A stretch of 26,127 bases of DNA from a virus (lineage: Duplodnaviria; Caudoviricetes): positions 1 to 26,127 of the IMG/VR virus record IMGVR_UViG_3300006793_000239. One strand, given 5' to 3'. Below the pieces are notes generated by a model, which saw only the letters and a program-made list of their open reading frames with translations, had not been told where the DNA came from and did no database searches. The stretch's first letter is position 1; each line of letters begins with the position of its first letter. The translations under genes and the position numbers were made by a program. Below, one piece after another: positions 9,351 through 18,893 of the stretch.

Positions 9351-10385
9351 ATGAGCATAATAAATTCAGTACGAGAAACTGTACTGTCAGTTCTTAATAA
9401 AAACAACTATGGATATATAACTCCTAGTGATTTTAATTTATATGCCAAGCAAGCGCAGCTAGATATTTTTGAAGATTATTTTTATCAATATAATTATCAG
9501 ATAACTAAAGAGAATGCTAGGCAATCAGGAGTGGGATTGGCAGATATAAAAAAAATATATCAAGACGCTATAGAAATATTTTCAGAGCAAGAAACTCTTG
9601 TGCCTGTATATCTAAATGGAGCTAGTGAGGTTATTGTTTCTCCGTCTGCAACATCGACTTATAGTGTGCCAACAATAGCCACAACAGGTTCTGATTATTA
9701 TTTAATAAATAAAGTTTTATTACTTACAAAATACTTAGTCGCTAACAGCACAAACACATTATCGTTTACACAAGAGTTAGTTGATAATACTAAAAACTTT
9801 TTTGCATTAGGAGTTCAGCCAGGCGATGTTGTTGTTAATTTAACTACAGGAGAATCAACAAGTGTAAGATATCTAAATCCACCAAATACTAACACATTAT
9901 TATTGGAGGATAATATATTCCCAAACGCAGGTGTATCTTATACTATTTTAAGTACAAGACAAGGTGTTAATGAATGTGAAAAAGTAACGAATAAAAAGAT
10001 TACACAACTTAACATGTCTAACTTAACTAAGCCTACAGAATTATTTCCAGCTTATTCTCAGAGTAGACAATTAATACAGGTATATCCTGAAAACTTTCAA
10101 TGGGGTTTAAATGTAATTAATTCTGGAGAAACATCAGCTGGTAGAATACTATGCCAGTATATAAGGTATCCTAAAGACCCTAAGTGGACTTACGCTCAGT
10201 TAGTTGGAGGCGAACCTTCATTTAATCAATCAAACGCTTTGTATCAAGACTTTGAGCTGCCTTTAGAAGAAGAACCAACATTAGTAAATAAAATATTACA
10301 ATATGCTGGAATGTCAATTAGAGAAGTAGAAGCTATTCAATTTGGCCAATCAATGGATATGAGAGAAGAACAAAAAGAAAAATAA
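9351..10385 (+). CDS. Virion structural protein, putative head-tail adaptor/ring protein (344 aa)
   Basis: Helical N-terminus (ITPSDFNLYAKQAQLDIF), C-terminal YIRYPKDPKW...FELP...LVNKILQYAG pattern and position fit podovirus adaptor/ring proteins. Confidence 0.6.
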   Translation: MSIINSVRETVLSVLNKNNYGYITPSDFNLYAKQAQLDIFEDYFYQYNYQITKENARQSGVGLADIKKIYQDAIEIFSEQETLVPVYLNGASEVIVSPSATSTYSVPTIATTGSDYYLINKVLLLTKYLVANSTNTLSFTQELVDNTKNFFALGVQPGDVVVNLTTGESTSVRYLNPPNTNTLLLEDNIFPNAGVSYTILSTRQGVNECEKVTNKKITQLNMSNLTKPTELFPAYSQSRQLIQVYPENFQWGLNVINSGETSAGRILCQYIRYPKDPKWTYAQLVGGEPSFNQSNALYQDFELPLEEEPTLVNKILQYAGMSIREVEAIQFGQSMDMREEQKEK

Positions 10386-11311
10386 TGGCATACTTAACAG
10401 AATATCAATATTACGAAAATACAGGAAACCCTCATACAGAAGATGCTAACTGGGGTTCATAACAATATGTAAGTTTATATGACATAGTTAATAATTTTAT
10501 GTTGATGTATTCTGGCAACCATAGTTTAGTTAATAACGAAGAAAGGTATAGAATTTTATTTCATGCGAAGAGAGCTATACAAGAACTAAATTATGACGCA
10601 TTTAAAGAGCTTAAGATTTTAGAGCTAGAAGTATGTGATACACTAAGATTTGTTTTACCTCCAGATTATGTAAATTGGGTGAGAATATCTTTATATAAAG
10701 ACGGAGTTCTTAGACCGCTTACTGAAAATATTCAAACCAATTGGAGTGATGCATACCTTCAAGATAATACTTGTAGGATTTTATTTGACCATGATGGAAA
10801 CATTTTGAAGCCATCTACATCAACGATTGACCTGCAAAGGATAGAAGGTACTAAGAAAAGTATTTACCTTAACGAGCAAAGCCCTTATAACAATAGAGAG
10901 GGGTATTGTATAGATGGTAATTGGTATTTTGATTACGGTATAGGAGCTCAGTACGGATTAAATACAGAGACTGCAAACTTTAATCCTACATTTAAAATAA
11001 ATAAAAAAGCAGGAGTTATTAACTTCAGTTCAGATATGGCAGGTGAGTTCTGTATTTTAGAATATGTATCAGATGGAATGGAGGCTGGAGATGACTCTCA
11101 AATAAGTGTCAATAAATTATTTGAAGAATATGTTTACGCTTATATTCAATTTGCTATATTAAATGCCAAGTTAGGTGTACAAGAATATGTTGTAGCTAGA
11201 GCAAGAAAAAGAAGCTCTGCGTTACTAAGAAACGCTAAACTTAGAATTAGTAATATACATCCTGGTCGTTTGATTCAAAACATCAGAGGTATGGATAAGT
11301 GGATTAAATAA
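10385..11311 (+). CDS. Virion structural protein, putative tail tube/ring protein (308 codons), interrupted by an in-frame TAA at 10460-10462
   Basis: A TAATG overlap gives ATG 10385, in frame with the 10499-11311 ORF; reads MAYLTEYQYYENTGNPHTEDANWGS*QYVSLYDIVNNFMLMY. Confidence 0.7.
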
Positions 11312-11313
11312 GC

Positions 11314-14300
11314 ATGGCAGAAACTACTAGAAATTTTATCGCAGGTCGAATGAACAAAAGCGTTGATGAACGCTTGATTCCTAATGGTGAGTATGTTGAT
11401 GCTTTGAATATTAGGCTAGGCTCTACTGAGGAATCTGAGGTTGGTTCGGTTGAAAATACAAAAGGGAATAATAAACTAACTAGTTTAAGTTATAATGGAG
11501 TTCCTTTAAGCGACCAAGCTAAATGTATTGGTGCGTATGAAGATGGACAAAGAGAAACGCTGTATTGGTTTGTTCATGACCCAGCTAATCTCGTTGGGAT
11601 AGTAGATATGGTCGTGTCATATAATGTTCAATTAAACTTACTAACGTATCACGTCATTACAGTAGGTGCTCTAGAGACAGTGCTAAACTTTAATGATGAT
11701 TTCTTAATAACAGGTGTTAATAGAGTTGAAGACTTATTGTTCTGGACAGATAACTACAATCAACCTAGGTTTATAAACATAAAAAGAAACTATGACTCTA
11801 ACTCGCCTGATTTAGAAGAACAACTTTTGGTTATAAAAAAACCACCTGTTGCAGCTCCATCGTTTGAATTAACTAACCTATCTGGTGAAGAAAACTTTAT
11901 AGAAGAAAGATTCTTAACTTTTTCTTATAGATATATATATGAGGATGGAGAGAGGTCCGCTTTATCACAGTTTACTGAGCCAGCTTTTATCCCTAAGGGA
12001 TTTGATTACGCTATAGACACAGGTTTAAATGAAGGAATGACTAATGCTTTTAATAATGTTAAAGTCACATACAACAGTGGAGGGCCTTTAGTAAAAAGTA
12101 TTGAGGTTGTTTTCGCAGAAACCACATCGAGTGTAATTAAGTCTATAGAAATATTTAACAAACAAAATCTTGGGTATGCAGATAATACAGACTATACTTT
12201 AAATTTTAATAACAGCAAGATATTTACTGTAATTTCTCCTACTCAATTAACAAGATTGTTTGACAACGTGCCTTTAAAAGCGCAGGCTCAAACAATAATG
12301 GGTAATAGATTAATTTATGGTAACTATGTTGATGGATATGACTTATTAGATTTAAACACAAATCCAATACGTTTAGAATACTATTGCGAGCTTATATCTG
12401 AAGTTATAGCTGAGGGTTCAATACCTGATAGAACAGATAGTTTTAACTACACTATAGACACTAATAATAATGTAGTAAACGCTGTAGTATACTATGATTT
12501 TACAGATATAGAATTAGTTAATGGTGCTTCTTTAAATTTTGAAATAAGATATAATCATTCTGGATTTACAGGACAACAGCCCTTCCCTACTGAGACCTCT
12601 CCGCTTATAACACTTGAATTCACTTTCCTTCTTCCTCAAGATTTTAATAGCGTTTATGAGCTATCAACAGACCCTGCGTTTGTAGAAACCATAGGTACAG
12701 CAGCAAGCATCCTTCCTGTATATGACCCAGTTCCAGGAAACGAAACCTCTTGTGATGGAACAACTGTTACAGACGAATTTAATTGTGCACTACCAGCTAA
12801 CTTAGATAGTTTTTCAAAATTTGAAAGTGGTATAAGTAGTGCTGGTCAACCAATACAAATAATCTCAAGTCCTGGTAGTCAAGAAATAGGTTTTGTTATT
12901 CCAGCGATGGCTTATGTAGATGATTTAGCTACACCCACTCAAACTGTTTATGAATATTATACTGTTTCATTTGCAGATTTAACATACCTTGGTATAGGAA
13001 ACCCTAAGAGTCTTCATAGTGATAGGGATTATGAATTGGGTATTGTTTATATGGATGAGTTTGGTCGCTCTTCTACAGCACTAGTAAGCCCAAACAACTC
13101 AATACATGTTGGGTGTTCGGCATCTGATTTACAAAATCAAATACAGGTAGTAATACCACCATCACAATTAGCGCCTGTATGGGCGGACAGATATAAGATG
13201 GTTATAAAGCCAGATTTTGAAGATTATAACACAATTTTTTCAAATGTATTTTTCGATGAGCTGTCAACCTCTGCCACTTACTTTTTATTAGAAGGAGAGA
13301 ATGCAAGAAAGGTTGAAGAGGGAGATAGGCTTAGGGTAAAAAGAGATACAGGAGGAGCTACCAACCGATGTCAATACGCCACTGTTCTACAGAAAGAAGC
13401 TCAGGTTGAAAATTTCATAGACGTTGCGGATGGGCAAGGAAACAGTGTTACAGTTCCAGCTGGAACATATATGAAAATTATAGCAAATGATTTTCAAGTA
13501 GAACCAGGTGACCTTCCCACTGTATTGTATGGACAAAGAAGTGTGCGTCAAAAAAGCGGAAACTCCCATCCAAGGCTTGCGTATCCATGCGGTGTAGAAG
13601 ACCCTAACACCCCAGGGCAGTATATAGATTACACAATTCCTGCTGGTTCAAGGATACGTATGTACATTAAATTCAGAAGAGCAGGAAGACGTAGCGGTGG
13701 ATGTGATGGAAGAGAATATACCTTAGATTTAAAACTAACATCATCACAAGATTATGATAATTTTAAAGAGTGGTTTGATGGAGATAATATACAGGCCAGG
13801 TTAGACAATGGAGCGGTTAATGTTTCTAATGGTCCTGACTGTCCACCACCATATTTTCAGAACTACTACAATCCTGCTTTACAAACAGCAGCTACTACTA
13901 ATGATGCATTAGGTGCAATGCCACAAGACAGGTGTGTGTACCAATACCAGTTTTTAAGAGGAACGGATAACAACTTACTTTCCCTTGGATTAGTAGGCAC
14001 AAACTCATGTAAAGGTTCTAAGCTCTCGGATAGTAGGAGAGCAAAGATAGAAGCCAACATAGAAGTTTTTAGAGCTGAAAATACTATAGTTTTTGAGACT
14101 GAGCCAACGGATGCTACTCCAGATTTATGGTATGAGTCTGCAGACGTATATAATATTGACAAAGCAACAGGTAGACATGAAGGTAATATACAAAACCAAA
14201 CAGGAGCTCAGTCCGCTATTGTGTTAACGGATTTCTTTAACTGTTTCACTTTTGCTAATGGTGTTGAAAGTTATAGAATAAGAGACTCAATTGTAGGAAA

Positions 14301-15750
14301 AGAATTTTCTTTAGGAGAAAGAACAGCCTCTACTTCTGAATTAGAATTCAAGCAAGCACATCGCTTTGCTGATTTAACATATAGTGGTGTTTATAATAAC
14401 GAAAGTAATGTAAACAAGCTAAACGAATTTAACTTAGGGTTATTAAATTTCAAACCTTGTGAAGATATATATGGCCCAATTGAAAAACTTCATGGAAGAG
14501 AAACCGATATACTAGTATTACAGGAGGATAAAATATCCTATGTATTAGCTGGTAAAAACTTATTAAGTGACTCAGCAGGTGGGGGACAGATAGCCTCTGT
14601 ACCTGAGGTTTTAGGAACTCAGATAGCTAGAATAGAAGAGTATGGCATCTCAAGAAACCCAGAAAGTTTTTGTTCTTGGGGTTATAATAAATATTTTACT
14701 GACGCTAAACGAGGCGCAGTAATTATGCTTACAGGAGCTGCAGGACAAAACGAAAAGCTTACAGTAATTTCTGAATCTGGCATGAGGTCTTGGTTTAGAG
14801 ATAGATTTATTAATAGTCTAAACAATCAAAAGATTGGTGGGTATGACCCATACATGAATGAGTATGTTCTAAGTATAAATGACGAGGAACTACCGTCTGA
14901 AGAATCTTGTATTGCCTGCGGAATTGATAGGACCTTTACTTTCCCAGAGGATAAGACCTTTGAGTATTGTATAGACCTAGGGTTATTAGTAGGAAATACA
15001 GATATAGAAATTCAGGCAAGTAATTCATCAGGAAGTAGTTTAGAGGTTACATACAATGGAGTAGATGTTGTGCCTACAACTGTTATTACTGATGGCAGCA
15101 GTAGTTTTACCTTTGATAAAAACGTTGTTAGTGAATCGGAGGCTCAGGTTGTTTTAATAGGTAAAGCAGGAGCTACTATACAGATTACTGTTGCTTGCCC
15201 TGTTGCCGAGATTATTACCGTAACTCAGGTATGTATAACAAATTCACCTGACGAAGGTCAGACAATACACAACGAGTACAGATGGGTGGACGGAACATAT
15301 TTATCTCCATTACACTCTGAGCAAGTAACATTTGTTGATGGAACTGACTTTATTACTATTAGTCAGTTTGACTCTGTTACTGCTCCGCAAGGTGCAGGAG
15401 TTATACCAGCTGATAATGCACTGGTTCAAGTTATTTGCCATAAAAGAAATTCAGATAATTTTGTTTTTGAACCAACTCAAAATGAGTTTTATGCTTTACG
15501 AACTAATGTTCAATACCCAGCTACTCCAGCAGGTATACTTTCTTTACTTTCTGCCGCTGGCTCACCTTTACCTTTAGATGTTACTCTTGCGCCAGACCAA
15601 TACATTGGAGACTATACAATGGCATCAACAGGAAATCAATTGTATTTAGTATACGATTATAGACAACCAACAGAAGCAGTTTTATGCTACGGAACATCAG
15701 ACTTAAACGATGTCTGCTGTGACTGTAATGACCCAACACCTTTACCTTAA
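11314..15750 (+). CDS. Tail stabilisation/nozzle-type protein, N-terminal part plus accessory domains (1478 aa)
   Basis: N-terminal FIAGRMNKSVDERLIPNGEYVDALN start typical of nozzle/stabilisation proteins; beta-rich; YGISRNPESF, YFTDAKRGAV and GGYDPYMNEYVLS motifs. Confidence 0.72.
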   Translation: MAETTRNFIAGRMNKSVDERLIPNGEYVDALNIRLGSTEESEVGSVENTKGNNKLTSLSYNGVPLSDQAKCIGAYEDGQRETLYWFVHDPANLVGIVDMVVSYNVQLNLLTYHVITVGALETVLNFNDDFLITGVNRVEDLLFWTDNYNQPRFINIKRNYDSNSPDLEEQLLVIKKPPVAAPSFELTNLSGEENFIEERFLTFSYRYIYEDGERSALSQFTEPAFIPKGFDYAIDTGLNEGMTNAFNNVKVTYNSGGPLVKSIEVVFAETTSSVIKSIEIFNKQNLGYADNTDYTLNFNNSKIFTVISPTQLTRLFDNVPLKAQAQTIMGNRLIYGNYVDGYDLLDLNTNPIRLEYYCELISEVIAEGSIPDRTDSFNYTIDTNNNVVNAVVYYDFTDIELVNGASLNFEIRYNHSGFTGQQPFPTETSPLITLEFTFLLPQDFNSVYELSTDPAFVETIGTAASILPVYDPVPGNETSCDGTTVTDEFNCALPANLDSFSKFESGISSAGQPIQIISSPGSQEIGFVIPAMAYVDDLATPTQTVYEYYTVSFADLTYLGIGNPKSLHSDRDYELGIVYMDEFGRSSTALVSPNNSIHVGCSASDLQNQIQVVIPPSQLAPVWADRYKMVIKPDFEDYNTIFSNVFFDELSTSATYFLLEGENARKVEEGDRLRVKRDTGGATNRCQYATVLQKEAQVENFIDVADGQGNSVTVPAGTYMKIIANDFQVEPGDLPTVLYGQRSVRQKSGNSHPRLAYPCGVEDPNTPGQYIDYTIPAGSRIRMYIKFRRAGRRSGGCDGREYTLDLKLTSSQDYDNFKEWFDGDNIQARLDNGAVNVSNGPDCPPPYFQNYYNPALQTAATTNDALGAMPQDRCVYQYQFLRGTDNNLLSLGLVGTNSCKGSKLSDSRRAKIEANIEVFRAENTIVFETEPTDATPDLWYESADVYNIDKATGRHEGNIQNQTGAQSAIVLTDFFNCFTFANGVESYRIRDSIVGKEFSLGERTASTSELEFKQAHRFADLTYSGVYNNESNVNKLNEFNLGLLNFKPCEDIYGPIEKLHGRETDILVLQEDKISYVLAGKNLLSDSAGGGQIASVPEVLGTQIARIEEYGISRNPESFCSWGYNKYFTDAKRGAVIMLTGAAGQNEKLTVISESGMRSWFRDRFINSLNNQKIGGYDPYMNEYVLSINDEELPSEESCIACGIDRTFTFPEDKTFEYCIDLGLLVGNTDIEIQASNSSGSSLEVTYNGVDVVPTTVITDGSSSFTFDKNVVSESEAQVVLIGKAGATIQITVACPVAEIITVTQVCITNSPDEGQTIHNEYRWVDGTYLSPLHSEQVTFVDGTDFITISQFDSVTAPQGAGVIPADNALVQVICHKRNSDNFVFEPTQNEFYALRTNVQYPATPAGILSLLSAAGSPLPLDVTLAPDQYIGDYTMASTGNQLYLVYDYRQPTEAVLCYGTSDLNDVCCDCNDPTPLP

Positions 15751-15764
15751 TTAAAATAAATAGA

Positions 15765-17528
15765 ATGGCAGTATCAGGAACATATTATTTAAACGGACCA
15801 GACTTAGCAACTTCAACAGCAATCTTTGCTGATGAGGATATGAATATCTGTGCGCCAAATGGACTTTATTCAAATGGTATAATAGTTCGTGAGTTACTTA
15901 ACTGCGTTTTATTACCTGCACAACCATGCCCACAATGTGCTTTACCTTGTGGCCAGGTCGGTGGTGAGTCTGCTGATGTTAGGGGAACTTTCTTGGGTCA
16001 GATTAGTGGTGGTACAGATGTGGGTGCAGTAGTAATTTATTCTATTATTGGAAATACAATTCCTGATGGAATATTAACCACATATAATGGACAGACATAT
16101 AATCAGCTTACATATATAGGTAATAACCAAGGACCTGTTGGATTAAACACTCCGTTAGGACAGCCAACTTATTATGGTTCTCCTAACAACACGCCTGTAA
16201 GCACTTCAGCGCTTCCAATATACACGATACAAGCTGATGGCACATATATTCCGACTGGAAATATTCAACCGATTACAGTTAACGCAAGTCAGATAGACTT
16301 AAGGGGTGGAGGAACTACAGTTTATACTCAGGTTATTCCTAAAAACTCAGCTAGCGTTAGCCAAATCAATGTAGATTTTTATGGGCCGATACAAGGAACA
16401 TTTTTTTCTTTTCAGACAGATTGTCCCATACAACTAGATAGTTTTGCTGGGTCTCCAGTTCAAGGAGATGACACATGCGCTGATGCCACAGTAACTTATT
16501 ATTTTGCACAAAATGCAAATGTTACATCAATTCAGCCAACTGTCTTTGTCCCTGAAACACTAACTACCCCAGGGATTGGGAACTATGTATTTCTAGATGG
16601 CGGTGCTGGTACAAAAATTAACGACACAGCAACTAGTCAGTTTGTAATATTAGCAGACAGTACTTATATTGAAATACAGTACGGTATTGTTATATCTACA
16701 GGGACATGTACTCCAGCAGGACTTCCATGTGGAGGAACATTAAATGCAGGTGGAGGACAAGGGTCTTTTACATTAGATGTTGACACAGGGTCTACAGCGA
16801 CAGATATTGGAGCTATGGTTGTTTACTTTTGGCCTCAATCTGTTCCAGATGGTATACTAGTTACTTTTGACAACAGCACCTATAATGAATTATCCTCTCC
16901 TGTAGATGGATATAAGGCTGCACCAGCAGGCTTAGTTACTTACGTTGGGGATGGTAGTAATGCTTGTTATAATACTCTTGTTCCAAACAGCCCTTATAAC
17001 GCAGCTCCATCTAATACACTTTTTGTTTACGACCCAGTTTCAGGCCAGTTCGTTCAAAATGGTACACGAAACTATACTGTTGTCGCTTCTCAATTGCAGC
17101 CAACACCAAATACATCACCAGGGTATTGCGCTATGGTTATTCCAAAACCTGCTTTACCAGTTAGTGGTAACAATCAAATGACAATAGATGTATATGGCCC
17201 TTGTGGAACATCTTGGAATTTAGATTTATCTTTAGCTTGTCCAGGTCAACTACCTAGTGTTCAGGCTAGTGCAAATCAAGGCGCAAGTACCATATGTCAG
17301 TCAGTAACACAGACAATATATTATAATTATAATTATGCTGATAGAGCAGGAACAATTAATCCTCCTCAGTTTGACCCTACTGTTAATAACTTTGTTTTTA
17401 GTGACCAGTTTGCAACTACTCCATTAACAGCAGGAAATTATACGGTAAATGGAATATCAAGTACTTTCATTATTACAGTAGACGCTAATGGTGTTGTAAG
17501 CGCTATAACAAATTGCACTGGACCTTAA
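15765..17528 (+). CDS. Cys-punctuated beta-rich virion protein with two ~260-aa repeats, putative tail appendage/adhesin (587 aa)
   Basis: Repeat units start LPCG at 15942 and 16722 and share GAxVxY, PDGIL, VIPK, YGP and CPxQL motifs; Thr/Gly/Asn-rich and almost no Lys/Arg. Confidence 0.65.
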   Translation: MAVSGTYYLNGPDLATSTAIFADEDMNICAPNGLYSNGIIVRELLNCVLLPAQPCPQCALPCGQVGGESADVRGTFLGQISGGTDVGAVVIYSIIGNTIPDGILTTYNGQTYNQLTYIGNNQGPVGLNTPLGQPTYYGSPNNTPVSTSALPIYTIQADGTYIPTGNIQPITVNASQIDLRGGGTTVYTQVIPKNSASVSQINVDFYGPIQGTFFSFQTDCPIQLDSFAGSPVQGDDTCADATVTYYFAQNANVTSIQPTVFVPETLTTPGIGNYVFLDGGAGTKINDTATSQFVILADSTYIEIQYGIVISTGTCTPAGLPCGGTLNAGGGQGSFTLDVDTGSTATDIGAMVVYFWPQSVPDGILVTFDNSTYNELSSPVDGYKAAPAGLVTYVGDGSNACYNTLVPNSPYNAAPSNTLFVYDPVSGQFVQNGTRNYTVVASQLQPTPNTSPGYCAMVIPKPALPVSGNNQMTIDVYGPCGTSWNLDLSLACPGQLPSVQASANQGASTICQSVTQTIYYNYNYADRAGTINPPQFDPTVNNFVFSDQFATTPLTAGNYTVNGISSTFIITVDANGVVSAITNCTGP

Positions 17529-17539
17529 AAAACAAAAAC

Positions 17540-18343
17540 ATGGATAATTACACACTAACATATAGCGGTTCGGCACAAGGGTGGCCTTCTTTTTATTCTT
17601 ATTACCCAGAATTTATAAAGGGTATGAATCAATTTTTATATACCTTTAAAGGTGGTGATTTATATCAACACAATTCTAATAGCGCTCCAAGAAATAATTT
17701 TTATGGAATTCAAGGAGTGTCTAAAATAACTAGTGTTTTTAATGAATCGGCTTTAGATAACAAAAAGTTTAAAACAATTGCTCTTGAAGGTGATGACGCA
17801 TGGGGCGGAACTTTTATTACTGACTTACAGACAACTGGATTTATAGAAGCAAATTATTTTGAACAGAAAGAATCCGATTGGTTTGCTTTTATAAGAAACA
17901 ATACAGACTTACCTGATAACACCCCTCAGCTACCTTTGCGTTCATTAACAGGTATAGGGGTTAGTGATAATGTTGTAATTTCAGGAACTGTATCAACTAT
18001 TAATTTTATACCTCCAACCAGTGTTGGTTCGATTTTATCTAACGGAGATTTATTTTATTTTGGTGTTTTAAATTTGCAAAACAAATATGAACCTAATTTA
18101 GCTGGCCAGGTCACATCTGTTGTAAATCAAAACGATGGTACATCTATAGTAACTATAGACACTACAGTAGCAGGAAGCGTCCCTATACCAGGGGTAAATG
18201 AGTACTTTTTATTTATTAAAAACTCTATTGCAGAGTCTCAAGGAGTGTTAGGACATTACTGTGAATTCACACTAACCAATGGTAATACTTCTCCAACAGA
18301 GCTTTTTGCAGTAAAAAGTCAGGCATTCAAAAGTTTCCCTTAA
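17540..18343 (+). CDS. Tail protein resembling the C-terminal part of nozzle/stabilisation proteins (267 aa)
   Basis: TLTYS...GWPSFYSYYPE...LYTFKGGDLYQH...RNNFYG...FKTIALEG...FEQKESDWFAFI...ELFAV motifs; the ATG at 17540 with an A-rich leader is preferred over 17513. Confidence 0.65.
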   Translation: MDNYTLTYSGSAQGWPSFYSYYPEFIKGMNQFLYTFKGGDLYQHNSNSAPRNNFYGIQGVSKITSVFNESALDNKKFKTIALEGDDAWGGTFITDLQTTGFIEANYFEQKESDWFAFIRNNTDLPDNTPQLPLRSLTGIGVSDNVVISGTVSTINFIPPTSVGSILSNGDLFYFGVLNLQNKYEPNLAGQVTSVVNQNDGTSIVTIDTTVAGSVPIPGVNEYFLFIKNSIAESQGVLGHYCEFTLTNGNTSPTELFAVKSQAFKSFP

Positions 18344-18349
18344 AATTCA

Positions 18350-18357
18350 TATCTTTG
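18350..18357 (+). promoter_or_regulatory. Bacteroidota -7 box (TATCTTTG)
   Basis: TAnnTTTG in the 22-nt gap before the cupin-like gene; the leader would be very short. Confidence 0.5.
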
Positions 18358-18365
18358 TAAAAGTT

Positions 18366-18893
18366 ATGAGTATATTAAGTATATTTAGGAAAAAGAAAAA
18401 CACCCCAGAAAATATACTACAATATGTTCATCAAAATAGGGGTCTTCTTTGGGAGAATATTAACACATTTAAAGAGAACGTCTTATCACATAATGGTTCA
18501 GTAAAGCACCACACTCCTGAAATGGAAAAGATGATGCCAGTTACTCATTATTTAAAAGACGGTCTATATACCAGAGAGATTTTTATGCCGAAGGGTACAT
18601 TGGTCGTTAGTTTTATTCATAAACAGAACCACCCATCTTTTTTTTTAAAAGGTGAGATGTCAGTTTTACTAGACACAGGTGAGGTGAAAAGAATAAAAGC
18701 ACCGATGAAAGTAATGACTGAAATAGGAACACAACGAGTTGCTTATATACATGAGGATACAACTTGGGTTTGTGTTTATAGAACAGACGCTAAAACAATA
18801 GAAGACGCTGAGAAAGAGGTTTATACAGATAATTATAAAGACCTCCCTGAGCACGTTATATTAAATAAAAAATTATTATGTCAGGAGCAATAG
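18366..18893 (+). CDS. Cupin-like (RmlC-fold) phage protein (175 aa)
   Basis: HYLKDGLYTREIFMPKGTLVVSFIHKQNHPSFFLKGEMSV and GTQRVAYIHEDTTWVCV fit a double-stranded beta-helix with His ligands. Confidence 0.62.
   Translation: MSILSIFRKKKNTPENILQYVHQNRGLLWENINTFKENVLSHNGSVKHHTPEMEKMMPVTHYLKDGLYTREIFMPKGTLVVSFIHKQNHPSFFLKGEMSVLLDTGEVKRIKAPMKVMTEIGTQRVAYIHEDTTWVCVYRTDAKTIEDAEKEVYTDNYKDLPEHVILNKKLLCQEQ

Noticed and set aside
9083-9397. ORFs 9083-9283 (-) and 9197-9397 (+) crossing the intergenic region
   Set aside because: They overlap well-supported genes and run through a terminator; the region is better explained by promoter, sRNA and terminator
10460-10468. TAA CAA TAT context considered as a TMV-like readthrough signal
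   Set aside because: Does not match CARYYA, and that signal is eukaryotic
15332-17181. Alternate-frame + strand ORFs 15332-15577 and 16945-17181
   Set aside because: Leu-rich shadow translations of T-ending codons, with no A-rich leader and no compositional shift, unlike the two nested ORFs reported
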